64,000 bases of DNA, taken from contig LSRY02000004.1 of the NCBI GenBank assembly GCA_001643675.2, forward strand, positions 930,001-994,000. Reading direction: 5' to 3'. The notes below the pieces were generated by a model. The model saw only the letters and a list, made by a program, of their open reading frames with translations, made no database searches and had not been told where the DNA came from. The DNA is from Monocercomonoides exilis PA203. Its lineage: Eukaryota; Protista; Preaxostyla. Both the position numbers and the translations under genes were made by a program. This document shows, one piece after another, positions 32,345 through 45,317 of this stretch; position 1 is the stretch's first letter; each line of letters opens with the position of its first letter.

Positions 32345-32714
32345 CTTATTGATCAAATACTTTCCCTTAATAAAATATTATCTGTAATTTTGGAGAAAAT
32401 GAAACACTTTCATTTTCCAATAGTATTTCGAGCAATAGCAAACCCTATCGTTTCAGCTGTATGTTTGATTGTTAAAAATAGTTTTTATTTCAGTGTTTTT
32501 ACCAAAAATCATATTTAAGATAAAAAATTCATGATGATAAATAAATAAATTACAGCATTTTCGTTAAGCTAATGTAACATAGTTTCAAAATTGATGTTTA
32601 TTATTGGTCAATATGTATTGTGATTATAAGTGCATTGTTGTCAAGCTTTGTTTGGAGAAATACTTTTATTTTCCAAATAAAATGAATTATTCTTTCTCAA
32701 TCCTTTTTTAAGTT

Positions 32715-35700
32715 TCAAGCATTTTGAAAAGACAAAGGATTCAGCAGTGAAGCCGGAAGTGTGCCAGAAAACTGTTCATCCCTCAAAAATGGCATAAAAT
32801 CATCAAAAATTCCTCCACTTTCCTGTTCATCACTAAGATTGGTTTCATCATCAGACAATAAAGCACCAGTAGAATCTGAGTCACTCTCGTTCATAATTTT
32901 TGCTTCTCCTTTTTGTGATAAGTCGGATTGTGGTAATTTTGACTCATCTAACTGTAATAACTGTTTTTGCTTTTGCTGTTTGTGTATAAGCCTTCTTTCG
33001 TCTTTCTCTTCTGCCTCGTCATCTGAATTCTGTTCTATTGAATATGATCGGCTGTTGCTTTTCTGGTTATAATAAAGCAGAGGAGAATTCAACTGAGAAG
33101 TTGAAATGTTTGTATCTTTTTCTTTTTCTTCTTCTTCTTCTTGAACATTTTCGATTTTATTACATTCGAGAAGCAATGGACATATTTCGTTCCACTTCTT
33201 TTTCTCTTTTGCTTTTCTTAAACGTTCTTGCCTTTTCTCTCTTCGTAGTTTTCTTTTCATTTCCTGCCTTAATTCTCTTTCTTTTTCTTTTTCTTCTTTT
33301 TCTTCCATTTTTTTCTGTTTTTTCTCGAACTGTTGAGCCATTCGCAATCGTTTTGCTGTTATTCTCTCTTCCTTCCTTTCTTCTTTTTCTCTTTGTTTCT
33401 TCAGTTTCTCGTTGCATTTATTAACGCATATTTGATTAAGTAACGCTATAAGTGTTGATAAAACTATATCGCTATTCTCCTCTGTTGTATCACTATTCTT
33501 CAATAATAAAGCCTGAGAATCGTTATCTTTCTCAATTTCATCTTCAGAGAAAAGTCTTTCTTCTTTCTCCTCATTTTCTTCACCGCATGAGTATTCTTTG
33601 AAAATCTTTTCTTCTTCTTCTTCTTCTTCTTCCCTCTTAAGCGAAACCATTACGTTGTTTAGAAGATCTTCAGATCTCTTTTTAACTTCCTCATCATTGG
33701 CATCCTTCCAAACTATTTGCCACAGTGCTTCCGCAAAACGTGGAACAATTTCTTTTTTCTCTTCTTCACAAGTTCGCTCCGCATCAGATAAAAATATTTG
33801 TGGATGCCTATTTTTTAAAGAAAGAAGGCATTGTTGGAAAAGATTAGGCACAACAGTCGAAAGAAGAAGCCAACGAAGAGTTGTTGGTTGCGCATCTTGT
33901 GGAGTAGGCAAGTCCAAAGCTGTAGGCAAATATTCATTAAAGTCGGGAAAAGGAGAAAAAGGCGATGTTGTTGAATGCCTGGAGCTGTTTTGAGAAAATG
34001 ATTTCTCTGATGATTGAACAGTGAAAGAGGAAGAGTTTGTTTCGATTTTGTTTGGTTGAATCAAAACGTTAACAACCAAGACCAAATCCTGAAGTCCATT
34101 GCTCTGGTCAATCACACAACAATTAATTGATGAAGAAGATGAAAATGAAGATGAAGATGAAGGAGATGGAGACAAACGTTGTGTTGATTGATTAATCAAT
34201 GAAGACATATTTGCACTGTAGCTTGTTGGAAGAAAGGTTGAAGTGTTTGGTAAGGATGCACCATCCATTGAAAGATAAGTTTCAGAACAATTTGTTTCAA
34301 GCATTGTCAATTCTTCAAGTTCACTTTCTTTCAGTGGGAGAATTGTTTCGTCTCTTGAAATTGATTCTTTGTTGTTGACGTCTGATGAAACTGGTGAATA
34401 AGAAAACATTGACTGATTGTAAGCAGATTTTTTATTTGGCTTTGCGTTTGATGTTCGTTGCTGATATTTTGATGATGTGTTATCAAATATCTTTTGCCTC
34501 AGAGGAATGCACATGCCAAGAAAGGCTTCATGGCATCCAAGAAGAGTGTTGCTCAAAAACTTCTTCACTTCTTCGATTGTGGCATTTTCAACATAAACTC
34601 CACATTCATTACACAGAGAGGAAGTGCGTGTGAAATTAAGAATTGGTGAAATGAGAAGAGTGACAAGAGAAAGTGGTGTGAATGATGAAGAAAAGAAAGA
34701 TGAGATGCTACCCTTGCTAAATGTTTCAGAAGATGTCTTTGCTTCTTGTGGGTCAGACCGAGCTGCATATTGAAAAAGATTTATTCCATTTACATAAGGA
34801 AAAAAGAACAATTTCGCTTTTGTTTGTGATGAATCATCGAATGAAGAAGGCGATGTTGGAGAAATAGATGGAGATGGAGTCAAACTGCTATCGGATATTT
34901 TTGTTTCTACATTCAAAGCGTTCATCTCCTCTAAATCGAATTTTCCGGTCAGATGTTGTAACTTTTCATCCAAACTTTCTGAAAATGGAAAACAAAACGA
35001 ATCTGATGGTAGTTGTGTTGAATTTAGCGGTTCAGTAAAGTTATTTTCGACCGAATCAAGTTCTGAACTGAATGAAACGCAAGTACCGTCCCAATCATTA
35101 CTTCTCTTGCTATTTAAAATGATCCCTGCTTGAACAACAGATTTCCCAATACAGAATGTATTTTCCGAAGAAAGTGAAGATGATGCTGTAATTTTTCCAA
35201 TTTTTGAAGATGAGCTAAGAATTTCTTCAACATCAGAAGAGCTATATACAAAAACAAATGGATCGCTGCAAAATCCAACAACGTCTCCAGCTAACATATC
35301 GTCCAACTTTCTCTCTCCGATAAGAAAAGTTGCTGAAATATTGCCACAAAACAATGGAAATGAAGATTCACTTTCGCTTTCAAATAAAGTTGTCGTAACG
35401 CTTTGTTGAAAATAATCCGTTTCTTCTTTTTCTTCTCGTTGTAATTCAGTTTCGTCAAAAAATGCTTGACAATTGGTACAGAATTTTATTGTAACTTGAG
35501 GATTGCATACGGTTAGAATAGAAACGAAATCTGTAAGCTCTGAAGCAACAGATGAGATAATTTCTCCGGGAATTTCAAGATGCATTTTCCAACCGTTAAC
35601 ATTTGTCATGGGGCAAGCAGATTCGTGCTGTTCAATTGAAGTTTCATTGGTTTCTGCAATCATCCTTATCTGAAACTCTGTTATGATACCATTTTCTTTA

Positions 35701-36168
35701 AAATCGATAAAAGATCATGCAAAATTATTTGTAAAAAATTAGAATAAATGTATGTAAAATTTCAAAAATGAAAAAAAAAAACGAAAACCTGTTGTGACAA
35801 TGGATAAGTAACTTCCAATAGAATTCTGAGCAAATAGCAATGCATCCTTGATTTCTTCGCTTTTTATAATATATTTTTCTATGTTTAATGAATTCATAGC
35901 AAGACATGTTTCGCTCACTTTAAAACTATAAGGTATTTGGAAAAAAGCAAATCAAACATGAGATGGCAAGGATATGAGTGCTGCCTTTCCAAAGGACATC
36001 TCGTCCTTCAATATTCAAACGTATAATAGGAGTGTCTTCTGGTTCTGCTTTCGGGCACAACGCAATAGCAATTGATAAAAACTTGTGACAGAACTTTTAG
36101 GAAAAAATCTAAATGTTCAAGCATACTTCTTTAATTAAAGGTGAAATTTGGCGGCATTCCATACTCAT
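32715..36168 (-). CDS. Divergent topoisomerase VI B-like protein (MTOPVIB/TOPOVIBL-type Spo11 partner), 4 exons
   Basis: Exons 36168-36127, 36081-35958, 35917-35789 and 35695-32715 join in frame via GT-AG introns. The N-terminus follows the GHKL-fold pattern with degenerate ATP motifs. The transducer-like segment LFQQCLLSLKNRHPQIFLS..IVPRFAEALWQIV resembles MTOPVIB/TOPOVIBL. Confidence 0.7.
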
Positions 36169-37022
36169 CTTGGAATGGTACCAAGAATGATTAATGATAT
36201 AAAACTAAACAGCCAAACTCACAGAATATTCATTTTCCAGAATGAAAATATTTATTATGGTTAGAATTGAATTTGATTCGCAATAGAACTTTTGAACAAA
36301 ACGTTGAATTAGGATAGTACTTTAAAAAATGTTTGATTGATTAACCTTCATTTTCTCCAAATAATTTCTTGGATAATTTCAATCGTAGAAAATGTTATTG
36401 ATCACAAATTCAAACTACATAACTTCAGCAAAAGTTTTGGTGATGAAACAAATGGATGTGTAAAACGAATCAATGAGTAATTTAGAACAAATGAATAATC
36501 AAGATAATTTCAATATTTCAAATGTTATAAATTTTAAAATTAGTTGATGTTAAATTTTAAGCATCAGCATTCAAAGAAACTGATATTCAAAAAGAATTAG
36601 AGATCAATGTTATGACCTCTAAAAAAGGATATTCAAAAATTAATATCAAATGTTAAAACTATAGAAACACACAAATATCTGGATTTATCAAAAAAATACA
36701 CATGAAAGAAAAATAAAACATCCACGAAATCAATTTCACACAAAGAAACATGAAATGAATTCTAAAAAAGGAGATGCATTTCAATCGCTCCTTTCAAAAT
36801 AATATAATTCATTAAACAAATAAATAAAAGAAGAAGAAAAGGAATTTATACAAACATTAAAAGATTGGTCAACAAAAACAAAATCAACAAAAGAATAGAG
36901 AAGATTTTTTTAACCCAATAAAGTAAACTAATTTGGTAAAAAAAGATAAATTTTTAATAGCAAACTTAATAATCATTATATAACTGTAAATCACAAGTCA
37001 TTAATAAAAAAACAGTATTTCT

Positions 37023-38935
37023 TCAAGCTCTATGCTTATGATGCCTTTTATTCTTTTTCTGATTTTTCCCTCCTTTTGACTTTTTATTTGCAGCTAACTT
37101 CTTCATTTCTTCCATTTCTTCCAAGTTATTCGCATTCAAAGAGGGAGACGATGATGAAGAAGTTCCATCTTTTGTGCTATCTTCTACCATTGGCACACAT
37201 AACTCGTCAACCCACTCAAAATCTTCGTTTATCGTCGGAGTCGCCTCGCAAATATCTTCTGGTGGTTCTGAAAAGTCCAGCAAATCAACTTCCTCATCGC
37301 AGTCAATCAGCTCTTCCTTCCATTCTTTGGCTCTTTCTCTATTTTCTTCTTCGTTTTCTTCTTCTTTTAATTTGTCTAATAAATTGTTTGGCGCAAATCC
37401 AGGAAGCGTGCCTTGAGGACGTGTTGAGTTTGTTGGAATAATGCCGAAGGAAATCGTTCGAAATTGATTTGAAATGTTCTGTTTTGGAAGTGTTGGTTCA
37501 TCCAGAGACGATGAACAGGCATCTGATTTATTCTGAAGTGAAGTATCTTCTTCAAACGGTTGTTGTGAAGAAGATGAGGACAATGAAGATGTTGGAATTG
37601 ACGCGGGAATATTCGAAGGTGTTGGCTGGTATGGCAGCATCTCGACAGAAGTTGTTGATTGCTCGTTAAGTTTGAATGTGGATGAAGTAGGATAAAAAGG
37701 GATTGAAGATGGATTAAAAGGAGTGTTATCAGAAGAGGAAAATGAGAGCGATGGCGAAGAAGTAGAAAAAGAGGAAGACAATGGAATGAGGTCATCAAAG
37801 AGAAGAGAGTCGTCAACTTCAATATCATCGCTAACTGCTTTGAAAGAAGTGAATTTTGAGTCATCTAAGTTGTATTCGATTTCCACTCCTTCTTCTTCTG
37901 TGTTCTCGTCCTTCTTATTTGCGATAGCTTCTTCGGCTTCTGCAAGCTTCTGGGCTTTTAACTCTTTTCGTTTAATGTCTTGTAAGTTCTTTTGTTGATG
38001 AAATATATAAATTAAATAGTGAATACGAAAAAAAATTCTTTTTATAGTTAAGGCTTTTTTCAATTCAAACAAACCTCCTTTTCATTTCCCTTATCATCGA
38101 GCCCTCCAAGCTTCATTTTATCGAGAAGTTTTCTTCGCTTCACTTCCTCTTTGTACTTTTTTCTTTTCCTTATTCGGTATGCCTTGCATGCACATGCGCA
38201 CGCAACAACAAAGCTCGTTATTAACACAAATAGCATAAAAACAAAAAGCGTCATGAATGTAGCATATCCGTGTGGAGGCAACACAGAAAGAAAATCATCT
38301 ACAAAACTTGGATTTGTAGCTGCTAAATTATCTTTCAAATGGAAGCTCAGTGAATCGGAAGATGATGTCTGAGGTTGTGAAATGATTTCAGGAATAGAAA
38401 ATCGGAGTCTTGAGAAAACATATGCTGATTGAAGTGGGGAAGCACAACTTTTAATATTAGTTTGGTGTATCAATTCCTTTTGAATCGATTTACTGCTTTT
38501 GAGATTCGATAAGGAATCACATAAAAGAGAATTATAATTATCAATAGAATTGGAATGAAATGGTGTTTGATTAATGTTATGGCGTGAAAAGTTTTTGTAA
38601 ATCAAAAGTTTGTTATGTATAAATGATAATAACTCAAAAGCGAAGTGTGAAATGGAATTATTAATAGATGATAAAAATGAAATTTTTGAAATGAATAGAC
38701 GATTAATAGAAGTATGAGCTGGTGGATGGAGTTGAAAAGAAATTAATAAACTTGAATTTGGTGAATATTTATTTTCAAGATTGAACTCTTCATTAAAAAT
38801 TGGTTGTGTTAATTTTTCTGTTGATTCGTCTTCAAGAAGTTGGATGAACCTATTTTTCGTTGACAAAGAAAATGAAAAGCATTTTAGGAAAGCTATTATA
38901 AAAATGGTTGAAAAATGGAGCTTCAGTGTAAGCAT
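37023..38935 (-). CDS. Single-pass membrane protein (signal peptide, TM, acidic cytosolic tail), 2 exons
   Basis: Signal-like MLTLKLHFSTIFIIAFLKCFSFSLS; TM YATFMTLFVFMLFVLITSFVVACACAC followed by a basic stop-transfer stretch; intron 38074-37989 (gtttgt..aag) joins the two ORFs in frame. Confidence 0.7.
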
Positions 38936-39502
38936 TTCCAGTTAATTTTTCAACGAATGATCTGCCCCCATAATAAAATATGTTACATAAAGAACTCCAT
39001 CTAAAAAATTTTTTAATTTTTTTTTCTATCATCAATTATTATTTATTGTTGGTCCATTTTAAAATTTTTGCTTTTTGATCTTCGATATTCTCATTGTTCG
39101 TAATCGGACAATTTATTATTTTAACTTTCAATATTCGATCTCTTGCTTATTTTCCCTTGTTTTTCAAATATTCTCTTTTTTGTATTTTCTTTCATATCAT
39201 CTAGTGCTTAGTCTTTTATTATTTTCAATGCTTTGATTTTATCTCATGATCGAATTGTTTAAAAATGTTATTTCTCTCATATCATCTTCACTTTTGTTTC
39301 TTGCATTTTTGTTCCTTTCTTCCTTTCTTTTGCGTGACTCTCATCTTTTATATTCAAAAGCATCATAGCTATCATTTGCATTGCTAACTCTCTTTTCATA
39401 ACACTTTTCTCCGCTCAGCATGGCTTCTTCCTAAAAGCTTTTTCTGTAAATTCTTCTTTGATGTCGAAAATATCTTCTTCACTGCTTTGTCTTATATCAT
39501 TC

Positions 39503-42500
39503 TCATCCCTTTCCACTTTCTTCAGTTTCTTCTTTTGTTTCCTCTTTTGTTTCTTCTTTTGTTACTTCTTCATCGCAACCATTTACAATCCTGTGTGTCT
39601 CCAGAAGTGAGTTCGCTCTCCACAGCTCCTCCTCTGCTTCTCTCACCAGCTCTGCCACTTTCTCGTCCTCTGCCGCTTGTGTAATTGCTTGCTCTTTTGC
39701 TGCCTGTTCTCTGTCATGAATCCACTCCTCTCTCCAACATGCAACACACCCAAGTTCAATCAGCCCTAAGATTATCTGCTCTTCTTTTTTTGAAAGTTCA
39801 TTTGTTTTTTTCTCATCTTCGTCATCATTTTCTTCTTCTTCTTCCTTTTCGCTATTAAGATTTCCCTTTTCTTTCAAACTTCCCCTTCTTCCAATATTGG
39901 ATTCAATGACTTTCTCGCTCCTATCCTTGAAAATTCCGTTCTCCTTTTCTGCGCACAGAATCCCAATCTTCGGATCGAAAAATCCACTTCTTCTTCCTCC
40001 GTCTGGAAATCTCACTTCAAAATCCACACTGTTAACGAACATCTCAGCCGCTTTCCTCTCCATCTTTTTTCTTTCTAATTCTTCCTCTTCATCCAATTCA
40101 GTTTCTTCATCTGCTTCTTTTAGATGTGGCATGGCTTCTTGGCTTTCATCTCTTCCATGTTGTATCTTCTCTTTACTTCCTTTTCTCTTCCTCCTTTCAG
40201 AATTTCCGTGTCTCTTCTCCCATTCTTCAAGAATGCGAAGCGCCAGCTGTCTTCTCCTTGCCTCTTGTCGAAGTTGTGCTCCTGTTTCTGGCCAAACAAT
40301 ATGTGACACTGACATCCTCAGAGAATGAAGAGAAAATAAAGAGCATCGAACACTCAAAGCAAAGATGCATTGCCTTTCTCCTTCTCCTCCAACTTTTGAA
40401 GAAGAATCTTTAACATTTTTGGTTGAGAATATTCGATTAGTCATTCTCATTGATTCTTCAACTCTTCTCCAAATTCCTCCTTTGTTTTCTCTGATTCCTG
40501 ATTCATTCTTATAGATGCAACAAGGAAATAGCATTGGATCAACTCTTCCAACAGGCTGCACCATCCGACTTTCACGAAAAGTGGAGCTTTTATCTGAAAA
40601 GGAATTTGATGTCAAATAAGGTGGAGAGGGAACAAACAAAGTGAAATGGTCTTGAGATTGCTCCAAGTTCAACTTCAAAATAGATTCAACTGGAATTTGT
40701 GAGCTTGTGCATTCAATTGAAAATCTTCCTACTCCTTCATCCACTCTCTCAATTGGGAATATATTCTGTGTCAACTCTGCTCTATAAAACGTGTCAATGT
40801 TATTCTTGCTCTTTCTTTGATCCAGCAATGCAAATGATGCTACATCCAACGCCTCCTTTGTACTGCCTCCAACAATCGTCTTTGCTCCAGCACTGCTCTG
40901 CTCCAGCACAAACCGCTCAGGATGCAGTGCGAACATCTCTTGAAGCATCTCTTCTCTTCCTGCTTGCGTTCCCCTCCGCAAACGTTCTCTCTCTTTCAAT
41001 TGGCGTTGTTGCATCAAAACGTGCTCGATCATCCATTTTGCTACTCGCTGAAGCACATTGCTAGCTTCCAAAGTGTTTGTTATGGAACTGTTTTTAGACT
41101 TCAGTATCCATTCAGATGTTCGCGTTTGAGACATCAACTGTGTTGGAGTGGGTGTTTGCGTAACTGCTCGAGTTGGCATTGTTTCTTTATTTACCAATGA
41201 CACAGAATCAGATCTTTTTAAAGACTCTAAACTCACACTAGCACTTCTTTGTGGATGCTCATCCACTGAATTTCTGTAGTTTGGCGACAGAAATAACTCC
41301 TCTTCCCACAGCCTGTTAGGAATCAGTGGTATTTCAGAGCCTCGATATCGAAAGACGTTCCCTCCTTCGATTCTGAAAGATTGTTCTTTTTCTGTCAAAT
41401 CATATCTTTCTTTTCCGGTTTGCAGGCGCTCGTTTATTTGCGTTGGAGAAGCAGCCTCTGTTCCTTTCTCAATTTCAAAAACTTTCATTGGAGTGTACAT
41501 CTCCAAATCATACTCTGATGGATTCACCTCTCTTGTCATCCCAATCAAAGCTGCACTTCCAGTCGCTGAGAAAATACTTGAATTCCAATTTTTGGGGTTT
41601 TCCAATTGTGTGTTTTCTTTTTCCCGTCTTTTTTGTTTTAACTCGACACAATTCCCATTCCTTGCAAGTAAGCTGTAGGAAATTCCTTCGTCTCTCCCGA
41701 ATTCCCTCCAGTTATACTGTTGTAGAGGAAGTATTAGTTCACCTTCTATCTGACTGAATATGATCACTGGAACGCTCTGACCAGGAAGGCGCACTTTTCT
41801 GCCTCCAAATATGAAAGAGACATCTCTTTCTTTTCCATTTCCTCTTTTCTCCTCTCTGTCAGTATATATATCTGTCATACGGGAAGTCAGTTCACTCATA
41901 CTGAGTCGCCTTCCCCGTGCAGAAAATGTTCTTGTGGTTGCGAGTAATTCGTTTAATGGTAAGCAAGAGGGGTTTGTGAGCTTGCTTCCTGATAAATTTA
42001 ATGATGTGAATTCCTGTTGTTGAGAAGGTGAACGAGAAGAGGAAGTTGACAAAGAGGAAGATGGGAACGTTACGTGATGCGAATTTGAAGATGAAGAAGA
42101 ATGAAATCCAGTTGAAGCTGAATGTGCTTCAGAAAGGTCTCCAAATCGTTCCGTGGTGCTTGGCGACTCTTCAATATCATTTTCCCAAATGTCATGAGAA
42201 AGACGCGCCGGAGGGTCTGGTAACAATAAAGGGTCTGTTTCTCTCCGAAATATGCTCCTCATTCCAGCTCTTCTCAGCTGCTGATACTCTTCATTGCAGT
42301 CGCTCCATCGCACACATCCAGCGTGCTTCACACGAACACACATCACATCCTCCACGCATGCAACACCAAATTCCTCTTCTCTGTGACTTCTGTATCTGAA
42401 TTCATCTGCTCCTGAACTGAATGGGTGTGCAACCTTCATCCATTTATTTTGTTCAAGTAATCCAATGCAAATGAAATCCTCGCTTAGCCATGTTTGAGGA

Positions 42501-43578
42501 AATAGCATTCCTGAGAATATCAATTCATCCATATTTGGAGAATCAACCAACAATATAAGAAAAAAAAAATTTCAATAATAGGAATTTCGAATGGGGTTCC
42601 AAACGCAAAAAAAGAAAATCACAAACATTTCAGTATAATTTTAAAAAGTTCAAAAATTGTGTTCATAAAAGAGCGTGAAACACACCTCGAATAAGAAGAA
42701 GAGCAAGTTGTAAGGGATGAGTCCATCGAGGAGGGAAAAGTCCTATCCAATACCGTTGTACAACAATAGCATGACCCAATGGTGTATCATCAGCGGGTAC
42801 ATCCGAATGTGTCAATCTTAGTGAGCGTTTCTGAGTCGTAATTCCTGAGCCAACAGCTTCGACTCCAACACGAGGAACAACATATTCCACTTCAAAATAC
42901 CTCAATCCTGGTAGTACCCGTATTTCCGCTGTTCCGCAAAGACTTTTCAGGTGGAAGATTCCTGTTCCATCTATTAATGCAGCACCTGCTCCTTGTGTGA
43001 CATCTTCAATTCCTATAGGCCATAAAGATTCTTCAACTGCAATTCCGAAGAATAAATCTCCTTCGCACAAAGGTGAAAACTCGTCCACAACAAATGGTCG
43101 CTCAAAATACATGTTACGAAAAGATAAGACTCTTTAATGGCATTTGGTTTCAATGATTGCATCGTTTGAATTGGATAAAAAATTTAATAAAAATATGATG
43201 AATAAGGCGTAAGGGGGAAAAAACAAAAACAAATAATATGCAAAAATTGAAAAAATAAATATTGTTTGAATTCTCATTTTTGTATCAAATTCTTGTTGAT
43301 GCAAAATAAAAATAATGAAATTTTTTTTACAAAGAAAAAAAAAGTTGGAAAAACTTAAAACTTAATCCTCTCCAATACCTAGCAACGAGATCGGTTTCAG
43401 TATTGGCTAGACTCGCTGTGCTTATCTCTTCAACAGTACTTCGTCCTCCAATCGTTCGGCGAACTTTCATTTGGCTTCCAAGTGGACTCATGCTCACCAT
43501 CTCACCACTTTCCATCTCAACAACTACTGTACCTGTGTCGGTAATTATGCCTTTTGTCAGGCATCTCTCATTTTGCAT
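39503..43578 (-). CDS. C5orf34-like (DUF4524-type N-terminal domain) protein, 3 exons
   Basis: Spliced N-terminus ..VSMSPLGSQM..LVAR-VLSFRNMYFERPF..WP..LKSLCGTAEIRV..FEVEY..VQRYWIGLFPPRWTHPLQLAL parallels C5orf34 motifs as I recall them (LSPCGSEF, ALDFRN..PFL, CPEEWKYPLSLAL). Confidence 0.65.
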
Positions 43579-44064
43579 CGGCCGTCAAGTTAAAATTGAA
43601 AATAACTTTTCTTGAAATTAATTAAGGTTGCAAAAAATTTCGAGAAACGATAATTATTCACAGAAAAAATTGTTTAATGAATACCAAAAGGCAAAAGGAA
43701 TTAACTTTGTATATGATATATTTATTTCATTTTCTATTGTTATATGTGTTGTTTTAGAAAGATTGTTGTAATAATTATTTGTTCAGAAAATAATATTTTT
43801 GCACATATTGTTACATTTTTAAGTTAATCAATAATTAAGTATAAAATATACAATCTCAATGGTTTATAAATAAAAATCCCTCTATTAAATTGAATCTTTA
43901 CAACTGAAAAGTGATCCACAAATATGAAAAAGTTTCAAATTTGATATCTTCTTTCTTTAAACTTTTTCAATGAAATTAATCAAATTAAGACGTATAGCAC
44001 AATAAATAATTATGAAAATCTAAATTAAAAATCATCTTTAATTTCTCTCATCATTCATTAAATC

Positions 44065-45035
44065 AAACAAAAAAAATACTGTTATCCTCACAAAAATTTT
44101 TTGAAATACAGCTAATCTTCTTCCGTTTTCTTCGTTTTCCATAACATCAGTCTCAGATTCCACAAAATCTTCGTGATTCTTCTTCACGAATGTTTCTGTA
44201 ACTATCGCACTCATTTCATCCCCACCTAATCAAGATACAGACATCAAATACCAAAATGCCTCAATTCTTCGTTCATAAGCAGCAATATTCCACACAGTGC
44301 TTCAATTCAGCCATCTCTGAAGACTTCAAAGAAGTTCCCTTTGACCCTGCTCCACTTCTGGCTAACCCGAACAACTCTGTTGGATTGCATGAAATATGTT
44401 TGAATGCAATCTCAGATTGCGGAGTTATTGCAGATCCTTGAACAAACAAGTGAAAAGTGTTGAAGAAGTTACTTCGCAATGCAACTATGCATTCCTGTAT
44501 AGCATTGAAGAATGTCCTTTGATGGGAAATTTTGACAGTATGAAGCGTTGGATGAAGTTTTTGAAGGTTTAAATTGTGAAACTGGAAGAAACCGACCAGA
44601 CAGAGCTGAATGAAAAAGAAAAATAGAATCCATCAGACAGCAAAAATGGTGGTATCCAAGAAAAATCTACCACATTTCTTGCATTTTCAATTTTAGTCCA
44701 AAATGAAATTTATTAAATAGTTGATTTAAGCGTTAATATCATTTAAGGGGAAGCAACATTTCATATTCTTCGGCTTCAGCTCAACCGCCTAACAGCTTTA
44801 AAAACTTCACAATGAAAAAGAACAAAAGCGCCAATTGCTCTCTGCATTTACTTAATTGGCAGAAACTTTCGCACCATTTTTTTAGACAATTCAGACACAT
44901 TCCACATACTTGCAGTTGAGTGCATGTGTCTATGTTTCTGTTGTTGCTACAATTAGAAACTACGCACGCTGTGGTGGATGCCATTTCGAACATCTGTCAG
45001 TGACGCAACGCACACAAGCAAAATCTGGGGTTAAA
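44065..45035 (-). CDS. Probable small multi-exon hypothetical gene (boundaries uncertain)
   Basis: Exon-like open stretches (LCLVGFFQFHNL..ELKH; CGDEMSAIVTETFVKK..) are joinable through a gtgtgg..attag intron and are more GC-rich than the flanks. No family recognised. Confidence 0.35.
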
Positions 45036-45317
45036 GTGAAAATACTAAGTTTATTTTTGAATTATTAACTTCTCAAAATTCTATTTCATTTTTTTCTTTT
45101 TCATTTCATTCATATTCACTTCCTTTGTATTATTATCCACTAATTTTGAGTTTATTTTAATATATTCATGTAAATTTGTTGATTTTGTTGCGTTTCAAAT
45201 GAATTCGTAGTATAATTTAAAAAAAAAAGGAAAAACATTTTCGTTGAATTTTATAACGGGTGCTGATGTGCGATGTTGGGATATGATCAATTATTCTTCA
45301 ATAACCTTGTTTAACTG

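Noticed and set aside
39200-39520. Coding-like sequence continuing past the C5orf34-like stop in other frames (KVERDENDIRQSSEEDIF..)
   Set aside because: It needs more than one frameshift and still hits stops; cannot distinguish an assembly error from a decayed tail or purine-rich UTR.
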